A stretch of DNA of 64,000 bases, taken from Takakia lepidozioides (Eukaryota > Plantae > Bryophyta). The position numbers were made by a program, and so were the translations under genes. Position 1 is the first letter of the stretch. Each line of letters opens with the position of its first letter. The notes beneath the pieces are model-generated. The model had not been told where the DNA came from. It made no database searches and saw only the letters and a program-made list of their open reading frames with translations. Below, piece by piece: positions 1-11,235 of this stretch. The stretch is taken from positions 43,896,001 through 43,960,000 of the forward strand of contig CM060734.1 in the NCBI GenBank assembly GCA_030704615.1, written 5' to 3'.

Positions 1-291
1 ATTGTTCAGCACATACAAAATTTGTGCTGCATCTCTCCTAACTCCAGTCATGTCCCGCTTTTTGCCGACACCTTCGAAGACCTCATCCTCAACCCCTTCC
101 TCCGCATTTGCATCCCAAGTCCGCCGTTGAGTTGTATCAAATGATTGCATATACTCAGTCATGAACCCCATGGCCTCATCCAGAACATACCCTGCAACCG
201 TACTCCCTTCTGGCTTTGCGTAATTCCTAACGTATCCCTTAAGATCTTTCATGTAACGTTCCATGGGATACATCCACCGTGAAGACACCGG
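1..291 (-). pseudogene. CACTA/En-Spm Tnp2-type transposase fragment (DUF4218-like region)
   Basis: Minus strand reads PVSSRWMYPMERYMKDLKGYVRNYAKPEGSTVAGYVLDEAMGFMTEY, the typical CACTA RWMYPxERxM..LK.YVRN...PEGS motif. Similarity stops near 291 and the fragment runs off the window start. Confidence 0.85.
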
Positions 292-589
292 ATGAATAGT
301 TTTGTTTATCTCCATGGAATACATCTATGTGCTCACTTGTAACCACTAAAATGAATTAAAAATAAATAAATCAAAGTGCAAAAGATTTAAAAAAAGCACA
401 TCGGCTGGTAAGTGCAGAGTGTGTCGCCCTGGTGGTTCAGGGTTCAAACCCGCTGTATTACCCCATGTGTGGGATTGTTTGTGGCGACGGTATGTCTGGG
501 CGTTGATCCTCCTGTAGGTCTCATGGCCCATAAATGAAAGGGGGTTAATTTTTCCCCCTCCTCAAGGGCCTGAGGTTTCCTTTAAAATT

Positions 590-1465
590 TATTAAAAAAA
601 ACAAAAAGTTGCTTATAGGGTTTGTAAAAAGGTTAAAAAACTTTAAAAGTTGCCCATCTATGTACAATATATATATACTTTTGGGGGGAAATTTTAAATG
701 TGTGCATGTAGCGTACTGGTAAGGGCTCATCCTGCGTGTCGCGGGGTCGCGGGTTCAAACTCCTCGCGTTGTTTTTTTCCCCCTCATGCACTAAGCCCCA
801 CTAAGCCCTATCGTTGCTGTGCACACTAAGTCCTCGTGCAGGTTGGTCTTAGCAGGTCGCGTTTCAATCTCTGCTCGCTCAGCTGCACCGTGGTGGTTCT
901 CATGGACAATCCGATATTACCTGACTACAGACACAAGGAGCACACACACGAGGTCCGTTTGGGTTCATGGTCTGTCAAATCCTCCATGGGTCATGACACA
1001 AGGTCGACGACAATGTGGTTAGGGCACCTTCTTCTTCGACCTATTTCAGCTTGTTTTGCCCTCTCATCAGACTCGGCCCTGAAATTGCAGCACGGAGCAG
1101 ATCTCGCATGAGTTTTTTACAGATCCTTCATGATGGTGGGACAATCGCAATCGCAAGGTGTGGCTTTTTCTTAATGTAGGATGTGAAGAAGTTTGTCCAT
1201 CCTGCAAATGTGGGCTTTTGGCTCCTGTTAGTACCATGATTTGGTATTCTTCCTGATGTTTACAAGGTTCTTGGGAGAGTCAGCTTGGTCTTAGCAGGAA
1301 CTGTCTCAATCTCTGGTCGCTTAGCTGCACCATGGTGGTTCTCATGGACCAATGCGATGTTTTTTTTTTCCCCTCAAGCACTAAGCCCCACTAAGCCCTA
1401 TCGCTGCTGCGCACTTAAGTCCTCGCTGATGTTTACAAGGTTCTTGGGAGAGTCAGTTTGGTCTA
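590..1465. repeat. CACTA-associated internal repeat, homologous to ~55000-55520, with a local duplication
   Basis: The AAAAAGTTGC..AAAAGTTGCCCAT tract and the 840-1080 block (ttggtcttagcagg...cagactcggcc) recur at 55000-55520. gcactaagccccactaagccctatcg occurs at ~788 and ~1378. Confidence 0.65.
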
Positions 1466-2570
1466 GAGTATGCACGGCAAGGATGTGGGATGGAGGCTTT
1501 GGAGACCTATGAGCAAATGATGGGGAAAGCACATCGTGTTTGTGTGCATTTGCAATGCTTGTGCAAGCCTGACAGCCCTGGAGCAGGGCAAGAGGTGCAT
1601 GGGGATATCATCAAAGTTGGAATTGTGCCAAATGTCAATCTGAACACTGCCCTGGCAGCTTTGGAAAAGGGGAAAGAGGTCCATGGCGTCATCTTCAGAA
1701 CTGGAATTGTATCAGATGTCATTCTGAACAATACCCTGGTGAACATGTTTGCAAAATATGGGTGCATCTAGGATGCAAAGGGAGTGTTTGACACTATGGC
1801 TGAACGAGATGTGGTGTCGTGGAGTGCGATGCTTGCAGGGTATGCACGGCAGGGATGTGGGATGAAGGCTTTGGAGAGCTATGAGCAGATGATGGGGGAA
1901 GCACATCATGTTTGTGTGCGTTTGCAATGTGAGTGCAAGCCTGGCAGCTTTGGAAATGGGGAAAGAGGTGCATGGCGACATCTTCAGAGCTGGAATTGTA
2001 CCAGATGACATTCTGAGCAATACCCTGGTGGACATGTTTACAAAATGTGGGTGCATCTAGGATGCAAAGGGAGTGTTCGACACTATGGCTGAATGACATG
2101 TGGTGTCGTGGAGTGCGATATGATGTGTTTGCAGGGTATGCACAACAGGGATGTGGAATGGAGGCTTTGGAGAGCTATGAGAAAATGATGGGGGAAGCAC
2201 ATCATGTTTGTGTGCATTTGCAATGCTTGTGCAAGCCTGGCAGCCGGCCTGGAGAAGGGCAAGTGGTGCATGGGGATATCATCAAAGCTGGAATTGTGCC
2301 AAATGTCAATCTGAACACTGCCCTGGCAGCTTAGGGGAAAGAGGTCCATGGCGACATCTTCAGAGTTGGAATTGTACCAGATGTCATTCTGAACAAAACC
2401 CTGGTGAACATGTTTGCAAAATGTGGGTGCATCTAGGATGCAAAGGGAGTGTTCGACACTATGGCTGAACGAGATGTGGTGTCGTGGAGTGTGATGCTTG
2501 CATGGTATGCACGACAAGGACGTGGGATGGAGGCTTTGGAGAGCTATGAGCAAATGATGGGGGAAGGGGG
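1466..2570 (+). pseudogene. PLS-class PPR gene fragments, tandemly duplicated
   Basis: Repeated ..ALVDMYAKCG.I.DA..VFD.M.ERDVVSWSAMLAGYA.QG.G.EALE.YEQM motifs with frameshifts. The same TAG stop appears at 1769, 2058 and 2434. Confidence 0.88.
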
Positions 2571-2599
2571 GCCACCTTCTTCAATAGCACAACGACTAT

Positions 2600-2860
2600 G
2601 AGTGGGTAGATGGTCAACTGGAAACAGCAATGGCAGCAGCGCAATTGATAGAACAAGGCCCACTGCTAATGAAGGTACCTTCTTCAACATATTTCACCTG
2701 AATCCCCTGCTATCAGAGTTGTCCCTAAGTATCCAAAAACGGGTAACAGATATGAGAAGAAGCTATGGGATGAATACTTTTCTGACCCCAGTAATTGGTG
2801 GGACAACCGAGGCAAAAAGGTGAATGCCTGTCAGATTACAGGGTGTAGCAGATGCAATTG
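2600..2860 (+). repeat. Recurrent degenerate coding-like module (WVDGQLE.A.AAAQLI...EGTFFN..MRRS.GMNTFLTPV.GGTTEAK)
   Basis: Near-identical nucleotide copies at ~15740-16055, ~55540-56300 (two in tandem), ~56500 and ~58260-58465, always next to PPR fragments. Confidence 0.6.
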
Positions 2861-3181
2861 ACCATAAGAACTAGTGTGATAAGTTGAGTTGGGTGCAATT
2901 GCACTCTCCCTTTCCTCTCTGCTTCTGTTTGCTATTCAAAGGTAGGATTCCTGCCCTTAGTTTAAATTTCCGTCTGGTGCCGAGAGTGGGTAGACCCTTG
3001 AGGTCATCCACGATGTCCTCCCCCACGTCACAGACTGGAAACAAGTCCAGGGAAGTTTTATGCCTAATTTCATTTTCATCAGACAATTTTCTAGAAACGG
3101 ACATGGCTTTGGACACTACAGCCTCTAAGTCAGTAGGGTTGGGGCATCTGCTGGAACAATTCTAAAAGGAGAATGTTTGTC

Positions 3182-3320
3182 AGATTACCAGATGTCATTC
3201 TGAATACTGCCCCTGCCCTGGTGGACATGTATGCCAAATGTGGGTGCATTGGGGATGCCAAGGGAGTGTTCAACACTATGGCTGAACGAGATGTGGTGTC
3301 GTGGAGTGTGATGCTTGCAG
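3182..3320 (+). pseudogene. PPR fragment interrupted by MULE insertion
   Basis: DVILNT..ALVDMYAKCGCIGDAKGVFNTMAERDVVSWSVMLAG. The PPR sequence resumes at 15233 (tgcttgcagggtatgca). Confidence 0.85.
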
Positions 3321-3728
3321 GGGGGGGGGGGTGCTATTCCGTGAGCCTGGAGGCGTGAGCCTATGAGCCCAGGAAAGCGTGAGCCCAGCACAGGCTCACG
3401 CCACGTCAGCATGCAAACAATGCCTATTTCCGCGGATGTCACCTATTTCCGAGTGGTGTCACCTATTTCCGCGGGTTGATGTGGGGAGAATTGACAATTG
3501 AGAACAAAGTGGTTTGTTTGTTTTTGCAATGTACTCAAGTCTGTGAGGTCCACAAAACAACAAATATATTGAAGGAACAATCCGGGCAGTCCATGCAACC
3601 CCCATCTCCAACAATAGTTTGGAACCATGAATGTGAATTCCACGCACACATTGCAAAGAGGACAATAAGGACACACAACCATCCCATTTCAAATTTGTCC
3701 CAGAATTAAACCAAAAGAATACTTCATA

Positions 3729-6700
3729 TCAAGTGTCGCAGTCATCACAATCAGTGTCCACCTCCTGTGCTATGTCATCTACAAAGATTCTGGCCCCAAC
3801 ACCACGTGTTCTACGAAGGCCATCGCAAGGTGGACTCTGAGTGCCATGAACGGACATGCTTGCTGCGAGTGCCTCCGCATAGACAGGTAGCACACAAGAC
3901 CGAGGAGGACTGAAAACAAGTCCAAATAGGTGTGATAGCCCAGGAGGGCAAGTGGAAGCACGCGGACTCCTACACATGTCCACAAAATCCCATTTTTAAC
4001 ACAATGATGCAATGCACAAGTCCAACGAAGAGGATGTCTCCCATGTGCACTTTGCCTCAAGAACAGCGATTCTCGATATTGAAACAACAATGCAAGCATG
4101 CACAGGTTGAACTTACTCACAGGCAAAGTCGGAGTCCAGCTCCTTGTCAGAAGTCTCCTCTGTACCAGTATCAGCGGGACGGGGCTTCGGAAGGACCTGA
4201 GAAGTGTGTCCACCCAAACCCATCAGGAGGTTCTTGTAAATCTCAGCATCCCCTTCAATCCCAAAGACATGTCGCGCACTGGCCTTGCAAGCGTGGTACG
4301 AAGCACCTGCAGTGGAATAGAATGAAGTAAGCAGACATTGAAGACACATTCGGAACGGTGGAAAGTGCTGAAAGTGCAAGCTCAATCAAACCTCATGAAA
4401 TGTGAATGTTGAAGAGACGAACCTGTGCCCATCGACAAATCCAGAACTCTGGCGTCTGTGTAGGTGCAGCACTCCACAATCGTTTGAATGAAAGCCGGGC
4501 TCCTCTCCCTCGCCCCTCTCCAAGGAACCCCATTCCCCCTTCGCAAGCACAAGTTGCTGTCGACGTAGTTGTGATGCATGTCATCCGTGGGAGGATCTGT
4601 CCTGTCATCTATGAACTTGCCCCCGTGAGTGATGGCAAACTCCGTAATGCCGGCCGGAGTCGTTGGTGGATGCACCCGGATGAGACAAACAGCTTCAAAC
4701 AGACGAGTCTGCGAACATGACATCCACAAGGAACTAAGAACCAAAATAAAATCGGGCCCCTACATATGAGTTCGAGCGACCTATACAACACAATCCCAGA
4801 ACAAAAAAGAAGAGGAAGAAGAAGGGAAACTCACCATCTCTCCCGGACGATCCCCCTTCGTAAGGTACATGCTGTTCACACAATTCCATGTCTTCACGAC
4901 TCTCATGCCCAAGGCTTTCAAATAGCTGGCAAGGGCACGGCGACACCGAACATCGATGGACTGGATGAGAACCAAAACACCTGCATCGGAAAGGAAGAAG
5001 TTGCAAAAGGAAAAAACCCACCGCCAGTAGCGCTCATCAAATGCATTCCAACCCGGACAAGCACCCGATGGAGGGATATCCGGGACTGCCAACCCATCAG
5101 GGATGTCCAAGATGATGAGTTCCGCTGCATATGGCTTCTCCTTCCCGTTCACCCACGATTTGGTCATTTTAGCCTGCAAACAAAAATACAATGGAATTCT
5201 GACAAGTTTATAAACGATCCATGCCCACAGCAGACAAAGAGAGCAGAAGCCACAGACCCAAAGAGAACACGCACCGTGCTGAGGAACTCGACAATCCTCT
5301 CCCACACTGGTGATGGCTCGCCCTTGTAATCAGATTTCTTCGACTCCATCATGGCAAGGAACCTGACGTTGGCAATCTCCAACCTGGTTGGACGAATGAC
5401 CCTCGTGGGATGTTCCACTGCATGGTACGGGTCCTTGGGATCAACCACCCCCTTGTTTTTTCTCCCGGATCCCCTACCATGCGGTGGAGTCTGCTGGACA
5501 TGCTCCACAGGGCCAATAGCTGCAACACTTCCCTGCCCTTGTGCCACCTTCCCTCTACCCCTTCCCTTCCCCACAACACCAGCAACATCTTTTCCCTTTG
5601 CCTTTCTTCCTCTACCCGGGGTATCCTGAGCGGGAGGCTCCTTCTCTGCAAGAGTCCTCAGATTACGCTCATGAATGTCGAGGTCCGCTGCTGCGGCAGT
5701 GGCTGCAATACGGTCATTCTCTCTCCTCAAAGACAACTCTACAGCTGGGGTCTCTGAAGGAGGGCAATCCAAATACCAACCACAAGAAGAAAGATGGTCT
5801 GGGCCCCAGTCATGCAAGATCCCAGCAGTGAACATGGTCTGGTTGCCAGCAGGGACAAGCCAAAGGTCCACGAAATCTGGATGTTTGTCCAAGCAATTCT
5901 CTTCCAAGAGAACAAACCTAATGTACCTGCAGGAACAGACACAGCCTCATTTTCCAGTGCACATATTGTGTCCCAGCTTTTTCAACACACCAGGAAGACC
6001 CCCTTAAACAGTATGCCACACAACACATTGCAACCACAACACAAGTAAAGAGTGCAAGGGTGTGCACCTGTAAAGGCATCGTTTCCAGGCTTCCTCTCCT
6101 TTTTCCTGCTGGTCAAGCTCATTTGTTCGACTGATGCCACCCTCCTTGCTGAACTCTCTAAAGAAACCAGAGTGCCACACTGTGGCTCTCCATTTCCTCA
6201 TGTAAGCTTCGAAGGAGACCTTCGGAGCTGTCATAGTGATGCCATAGTCAGCCAGCTGAGTATGCAGAACCGATCGGGCCCTTTCTTCCAACTGCAAAAC
6301 AATTGAAATGGAAGAATGAACCCAAAAACAGTCACAGCAAATGTAAGAGGCAATGGGAAGAGAAGGACAGGAAAAGAGAAAAGAAAGTGAGATACGAGAG
6401 GACATCACACCTGGCTCCAGTAAGTGGCCTTGTGAAGCCAGGTGTCCAGCACATTGTCACTGACAGGAACGACACGCTGGGTCTTCTTCTCTTTCTCTGG
6501 CCTTGGGAACATGTGGGTATCCCTAATTGTGGGATCGGAGTTCCATATCTGTAGCCACTTCACCTTCTGTTCAGAAGACACGACGGCGGTAGACAACCTG
6601 TGCAACTTCTCCTGGGCCATCTCCGGCTTGCCTGGCTTGTTATAATGGTTTTTTATCTCCAGGAGAAACTGCGGCCCGAATGATGGGTCGGCCATTCTCA

Positions 6701-7841
6701 ACTGCTTCCCAAAAGCACTCATTATTGTCCTTCTTGTAGCGTTCATCTCCTTCTGGATGTGACTTTCAACCCCCTTTGCTGTCCTTCTCTCCTCAGGGGT
6801 AGAGCTATAGTATTCCAGTTTGCCACGCTCCCCTGCATCTGCAATGTCTTGCTGCAAGGGAATGCAAGAGAGTTGCATCAATCCAAGGTCAAGGGAGACA
6901 GACAGAAACAAACATGTGGAAGCAGGAATATGGAAAGGCCAGATGAAGGAAGATGTATCTCACCGTGTACATGTACTCCATGAAAGCCTCACGGGTCAAC
7001 GAGTACCATGTTTCCGAAGTCTTGGAGCTTTCGCATTTCTTATACATCTCTGCCGAAAGGATGGTCTTGAAGTTGGTCAAGGGCATCTGCCCGATCCTTT
7101 GTATCCTATACAGTGTGTGAACCAGACTCGTTTTGACATGCGATGTCTCCGTCCCTCTGCAGAATGATATCTGAATTTCAGAATGTAATTCAAGGACTTG
7201 AATCAAGGAAGAACGGAACCAGAAGTGCAACATGTACAATGAGAAACCAACCTATTCACATCATTCATTGTCGTCAGAAGACCCATCATGTTGTCGTCAC
7301 AATCAAGCACCATCGATCGAACAGAGTAATGCCACTCTTCCTCCTGTGAGTGCAGCCTCCCAATGACAGCCATCCATGCAAGCAACCGGTGGTTGCCATC
7401 CCAAACGTGAAACATCTTCCCCGAGAATACCTGGGTGGAAGGTTTCCTGGAGAGAAGAAGTTCGAAGGATTCGTTCACCTGTCTCCAAATGGGGTCCCAG
7501 GAGTCGACGATTGACTCATCCACAAGGAGCTCGTTACCTCTAGAATCCCTAGTAGAAACGTAAAAGACTGCGGATCCATCCAAATACCCATGAACAAACT
7601 CGGCCTCCAGCTTGAGAATGTCTTTGACAAGGGGTGGACGAACGACGGGCATGGAAACCAACCTACACATGGGAATCTTCAACCTCCCACCAGGAGCAAG
7701 CATACTTTGAACCACAAGCTGAGAGTTCACCTTTTGACCCCCCAGCATCTCAGCGGCTTTGCTTTCATAAAACTCATCGTCAACATCAACTATGGTCTCC
7801 TTCCCCTGACCCTGAGGGACCTCATCCGCCACACTTTGCAT
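3729..7841 (-). CDS. Transposon-encoded protein, ~1051 aa: ParB/Srx-like N-terminal domain, unknown middle region, beta-class DNA N6-adenine/N4-cytosine methyltransferase-like domain
   Basis: Nine predicted exons (7841-7252, 7156-6964, 6851-6411, 6291-6068, 5926-5275, 5173-4835, 4708-4423, 4306-4117, 3969-3729), all GT-AG, with consistent phases and no stops. Motifs: FHVWDGNHRLLAW (core at 7386-7400); ELIILDIPDG (motif IV-like, core at 5093-5107); RERSPAFIQTIVECCT..DARVLDLSMGTG|ASYHACKASARHVFGIEGDAEIY (motifs X/I/II). Intron positions are mirrored in the second copy. The start codon and last acceptor are uncertain. Confidence 0.82.
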
Positions 7842-7989
7842 TTTCTCCTGCAAGGTTGTTCACTCAAATTCTTATAAGAGAGGAATGAAACGTCGACTAA
7901 TGCATGAAAAAGTGGGATCAAACAGGTAAGTGTTCTTTGAGCTGCTAGATAAGTGTTCATTGATCCTCACGGACCTGCCCTATGTTCCC

Positions 7990-10657
7990 GATTTTCACAG
8001 GGAAAGAACATTGAAAAGTTCTGCTCAAACAGTGTGCATTGCCGCACACTATTTGAGCTGGCAGTAAAGGATTCATTTCATCCTCAGATATGTGCCCATG
8101 AGGGCCGAAGGTTGCGCCCTTCAATATTGATATGTTCTGCCTAAACAGTGTGCGGTTCCGCACACTGTTTGAGCTGACAGTGAAGGGTTCATTTTATCCC
8201 CAGAAATGTTACACTGAAGACCAAATTTTGCACCCTAAAACATTGAAATGTTCAGCTCAAACAGTGTGCGTTGCCGCACACTGTTTGGGCTGACAGTGAA
8301 GGGTTCATTTCATCCTCACATAGGTGCCCCTGAAGTCCAAATTTTGCACCCAGAAACATTGAAATGTTCTTCTCAAACAGTGTGCGTTGCCGCACACTGT
8401 TTGGGCTGACAGTGAAGGGTTCATTTCATCCTCAAACAGGTGCCCCTGAAGTCCAAATTTTGCACCCAGAAACATTGAAATGTTCAGCTCAAACAGTGTG
8501 CGTTGCCGCACACTATTTGGGCTGACAGTGAAGGGTTCATTTCATCCTATTATAGGTGCCCCTGAAGTCCAAATTTTGCACCCTGAAACATTGAAATGTT
8601 CAGCTCAAACAGTGTGCGTTGCCGCACACTGTCTGAGCTGGCAGTGAAGGGTTCATTTCACCCTAAGATAGGTGCCCCTGAACTCCAAATTTTGCACCCT
8701 GAAACATTGAAATGTTAAGCTCAAACAGTGTGCGTTGCCGCACACTGTCTGAGCTGGCAGTGAAGGGTTCATTTCACCCTCAGATAACAGACAGCAAGAC
8801 CAAATTTTGCACCCTAAAACATTGAAAAGATCTGCTCAAACAGTGTGCGTTGCCGCACACTGTTTCAGCTGGTTGTGAAGGGTTCATTTCAACCTCAGAT
8901 AACATACCCTGAAGACCAAATTTTGCACCCTAAAACATTGAAATGTTCAGCTCAAACAGTGTGCGTTGCCGCACACTGTTTGGGCTGACAGTGAAGGGTT
9001 CATTTCATCCTCAAACAGGTCACCCTGAAGTCCAAATTTTGCACCCAGAAACATTGAAATGTTCAGCTCAAACAGTGTGCGTTGCCGCACACTGTCTGAG
9101 CTGGCAGTGAAGGGTTCATTTCACCCCCAGATAACAGACAGCAAGACCAAATTTTGCACCCTAAAACATTGAAAAGATCTGCTCAAACAGTGTGCGTTGC
9201 CGCACACTGTGTGAGCTGGTTGTGAAGGGTTCATTTCAACCTCAGATAACAGACAGCAAGACCAAATTTTGCACCCTAAAACATTGAAATGTTCAACTCA
9301 AACAGTGTGCGTTGCCGCACACTGTTTTGGCTGACAGTGAAGGGTTCATTTCATCCTCACATAGGTGCCCCTGAAATCCAAATTTTGCACCCTGAAACAT
9401 TGAAATGTTCAGCTCAAACAGTGTGCGTTGCCGCACACTGTTTGGGCTGACAGTGAAGGGTTCATTTCATCCTATTATAGGTGCCCCTGAAGTCCAAATT
9501 TTGCACCCTGAAACATTGAAATGTTCAGCTCAAAGAGTGTGCGTTGCCGCACATTGTCTGAGCTGGCAGTGAAGGGTTCATTTCACCCTAAGATAGGTGC
9601 CCCTGAAGTCCAAATTTTGCACCCTGAAACATTGAAATGTTCAGTTCAAACAGTGTGCGTTGCCGCACACTGTCTGAGCTGGCAGTGAAGGGTTCATTTC
9701 ACCCTCAGATAACAGACAGCAAGACCAAATTTTGCACCCTAAAACATTGAAATGTGCAGCTCAAACAGTGTGCGTTGCCGCACACTGTTTGGGCTGACAG
9801 TGAAGGGTTCATTTCATCCTCAAACAGGTCACCCTGAAGTCCAAATTTTGCACCCAGAAACATTGAAATGTTCAGCTCAAACAGTGTGCGTTGCCGCACA
9901 CTGTTTGGGCTGACAGTGAAGGGTTCATTTCATCCTCAAACAGGTGCCCCTGAAGTCCAAATTTTGCACCCAGAAACATTGAAATGTTCAGCTCAAACAG
10001 TGTGCGTTGCCGCACACTGCTTGGGCTGACAGTGAAGGGTTCATTTCATCCTATTATAGGTGCCCCTGATGTCCAAATTTTGCACCCTGAAACATTGAAA
10101 TGTTCAGCTCAAAAAGTGTGCGTTGCCGCACACTGTCTGAGCTGGCAGTGAAGGGTTCATTTCAACCTCAGATAACAGACAGCAAGACCAAATATTGCAC
10201 CCTAAAACATTGAAATGTTCAGCTCAAACAGTGTGCGTTGCCGCACACTGTTTGGGCTGACAGTGAAGGGTTCATTTCATCCTCACATAGGTGCCCCTGA
10301 AGTCCAAATTTTGCACCCAGAAACATTGAAATGTTCAGCTCAAACAGTGTGCGTTGCCGCACACCTCTTGGGCTGACAGTGAAGGGTTCATTTCATCCTA
10401 TTATAGGTGCCCCTGAAGTCCAAATTTTGCACCCTGAAACATTGAAATGTTCAGCTCAAACAGTGTACGTTGCCGCACACTGTCTGAGCTGGCAGTGAAG
10501 GGTTCATTTCACCCTCAGATAACAGACAGCAAGACCAAATTTTGCACCCTAAAACATTGAAATGTTCAGCTCAAACAGTGTGCGTTGCCGCACACTGTTT
10601 GGGCTGACAGTGAAAGGTTCATTTCATCCTCACATAGGTGCCCCTGCAGTCCAAATT
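7990..10657. repeat. Tandem array of 23 units of 115-116 bp, each containing a ~40-bp palindrome
   Basis: The AAACAGTG arm segment starts at 8027, 8143, 8259, 8375, 8491, 8607, 8723, 8838, 8954, 9070, 9185, 9300, 9416, 9532, 9648, 9763, 9879, 9995, 10111, 10226, 10342, 10458 and 10573. Consensus CAGCTCAAACAGTGTGCG-TTGC-CGCACACTGTTTGAGCTG (18-bp arms; most units have 1-2 mismatches). Confidence 0.97.
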
Positions 10658-11235
10658 CGAATGTGCCGTAGAAATGTAGTGCTTTTTCAATTCCGAGCAG
10701 TTCTTCTAGATTCGCAATAATTGTTATGCTTCACATATGCATCCACGTGTGTTGTACTGCATGCCCTGTGGTTTTTTTTATGCCGTGACCGTCCCCATGG
10801 GGTCATTCGGTATAAAGGATTTTGTCGGATATGACCATGTGTTGCACACATTCGTGCGAGGTATCTCTTGGAGTGTCAGTGTTTGTTCTGTGCTATTCTG
10901 GCGCAACACAATCTCATTACAATCGGATCTTCTTGTTTACTGCTCTCCAGGGTTGTTGCCGTCATTTCATAATGGATGGTTTCATGTCATTTTCAGGGTT
11001 TGTTTTCCATCCAAAAACAGCACGGCTTCTTGTGGCTCTGGTCTTTCAAAACGGTTTTTCTGGTTGGTGGGAGGTGAAGGTGCACGTCATCCCTACATCC
11101 TTGGCATGCATCGCCGGCAGCCTTTGGTTTGGTGCTACCCTTGTTGACCTTAGTTTGCTGGTGGTATTTCCACTTTCGATAATTACGGGCTCTCAGTTCG
11201 AGGATTCCGTTCTGAATCGCAAGTTTCGTTCAGTG

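Noticed and set aside
430-775. tRNA or SINE suggested by two GGTTCAAAC B-box-like motifs
   Set aside because: No cloverleaf, convincing A-box spacing or TSD; probably part of the CACTA internal sequence.
3729-7841. Bacterial or phage contamination as the source of the ParB-MTase gene
   Set aside because: It has eight phase-consistent GT-AG introns mirrored in a second copy, and lies in a TSD-bounded element inserted in a plant PPR sequence.
7990-10657. CRISPR array (palindromic repeat plus variable segment)
   Set aside because: The variable segments are a few recurring alleles rather than unique spacers, about 95 of 116 bp are constant, no cas genes are present, and the context is a spliced eukaryotic transposon.
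10822-11235. N-terminal 138 aa of the 822-aa ORF as part of the transposase
   Set aside because: It starts at a non-ATG codon and is T-rich, like a UTR or intron. The ATGs at 11236/11245 are more plausible, though not proven.
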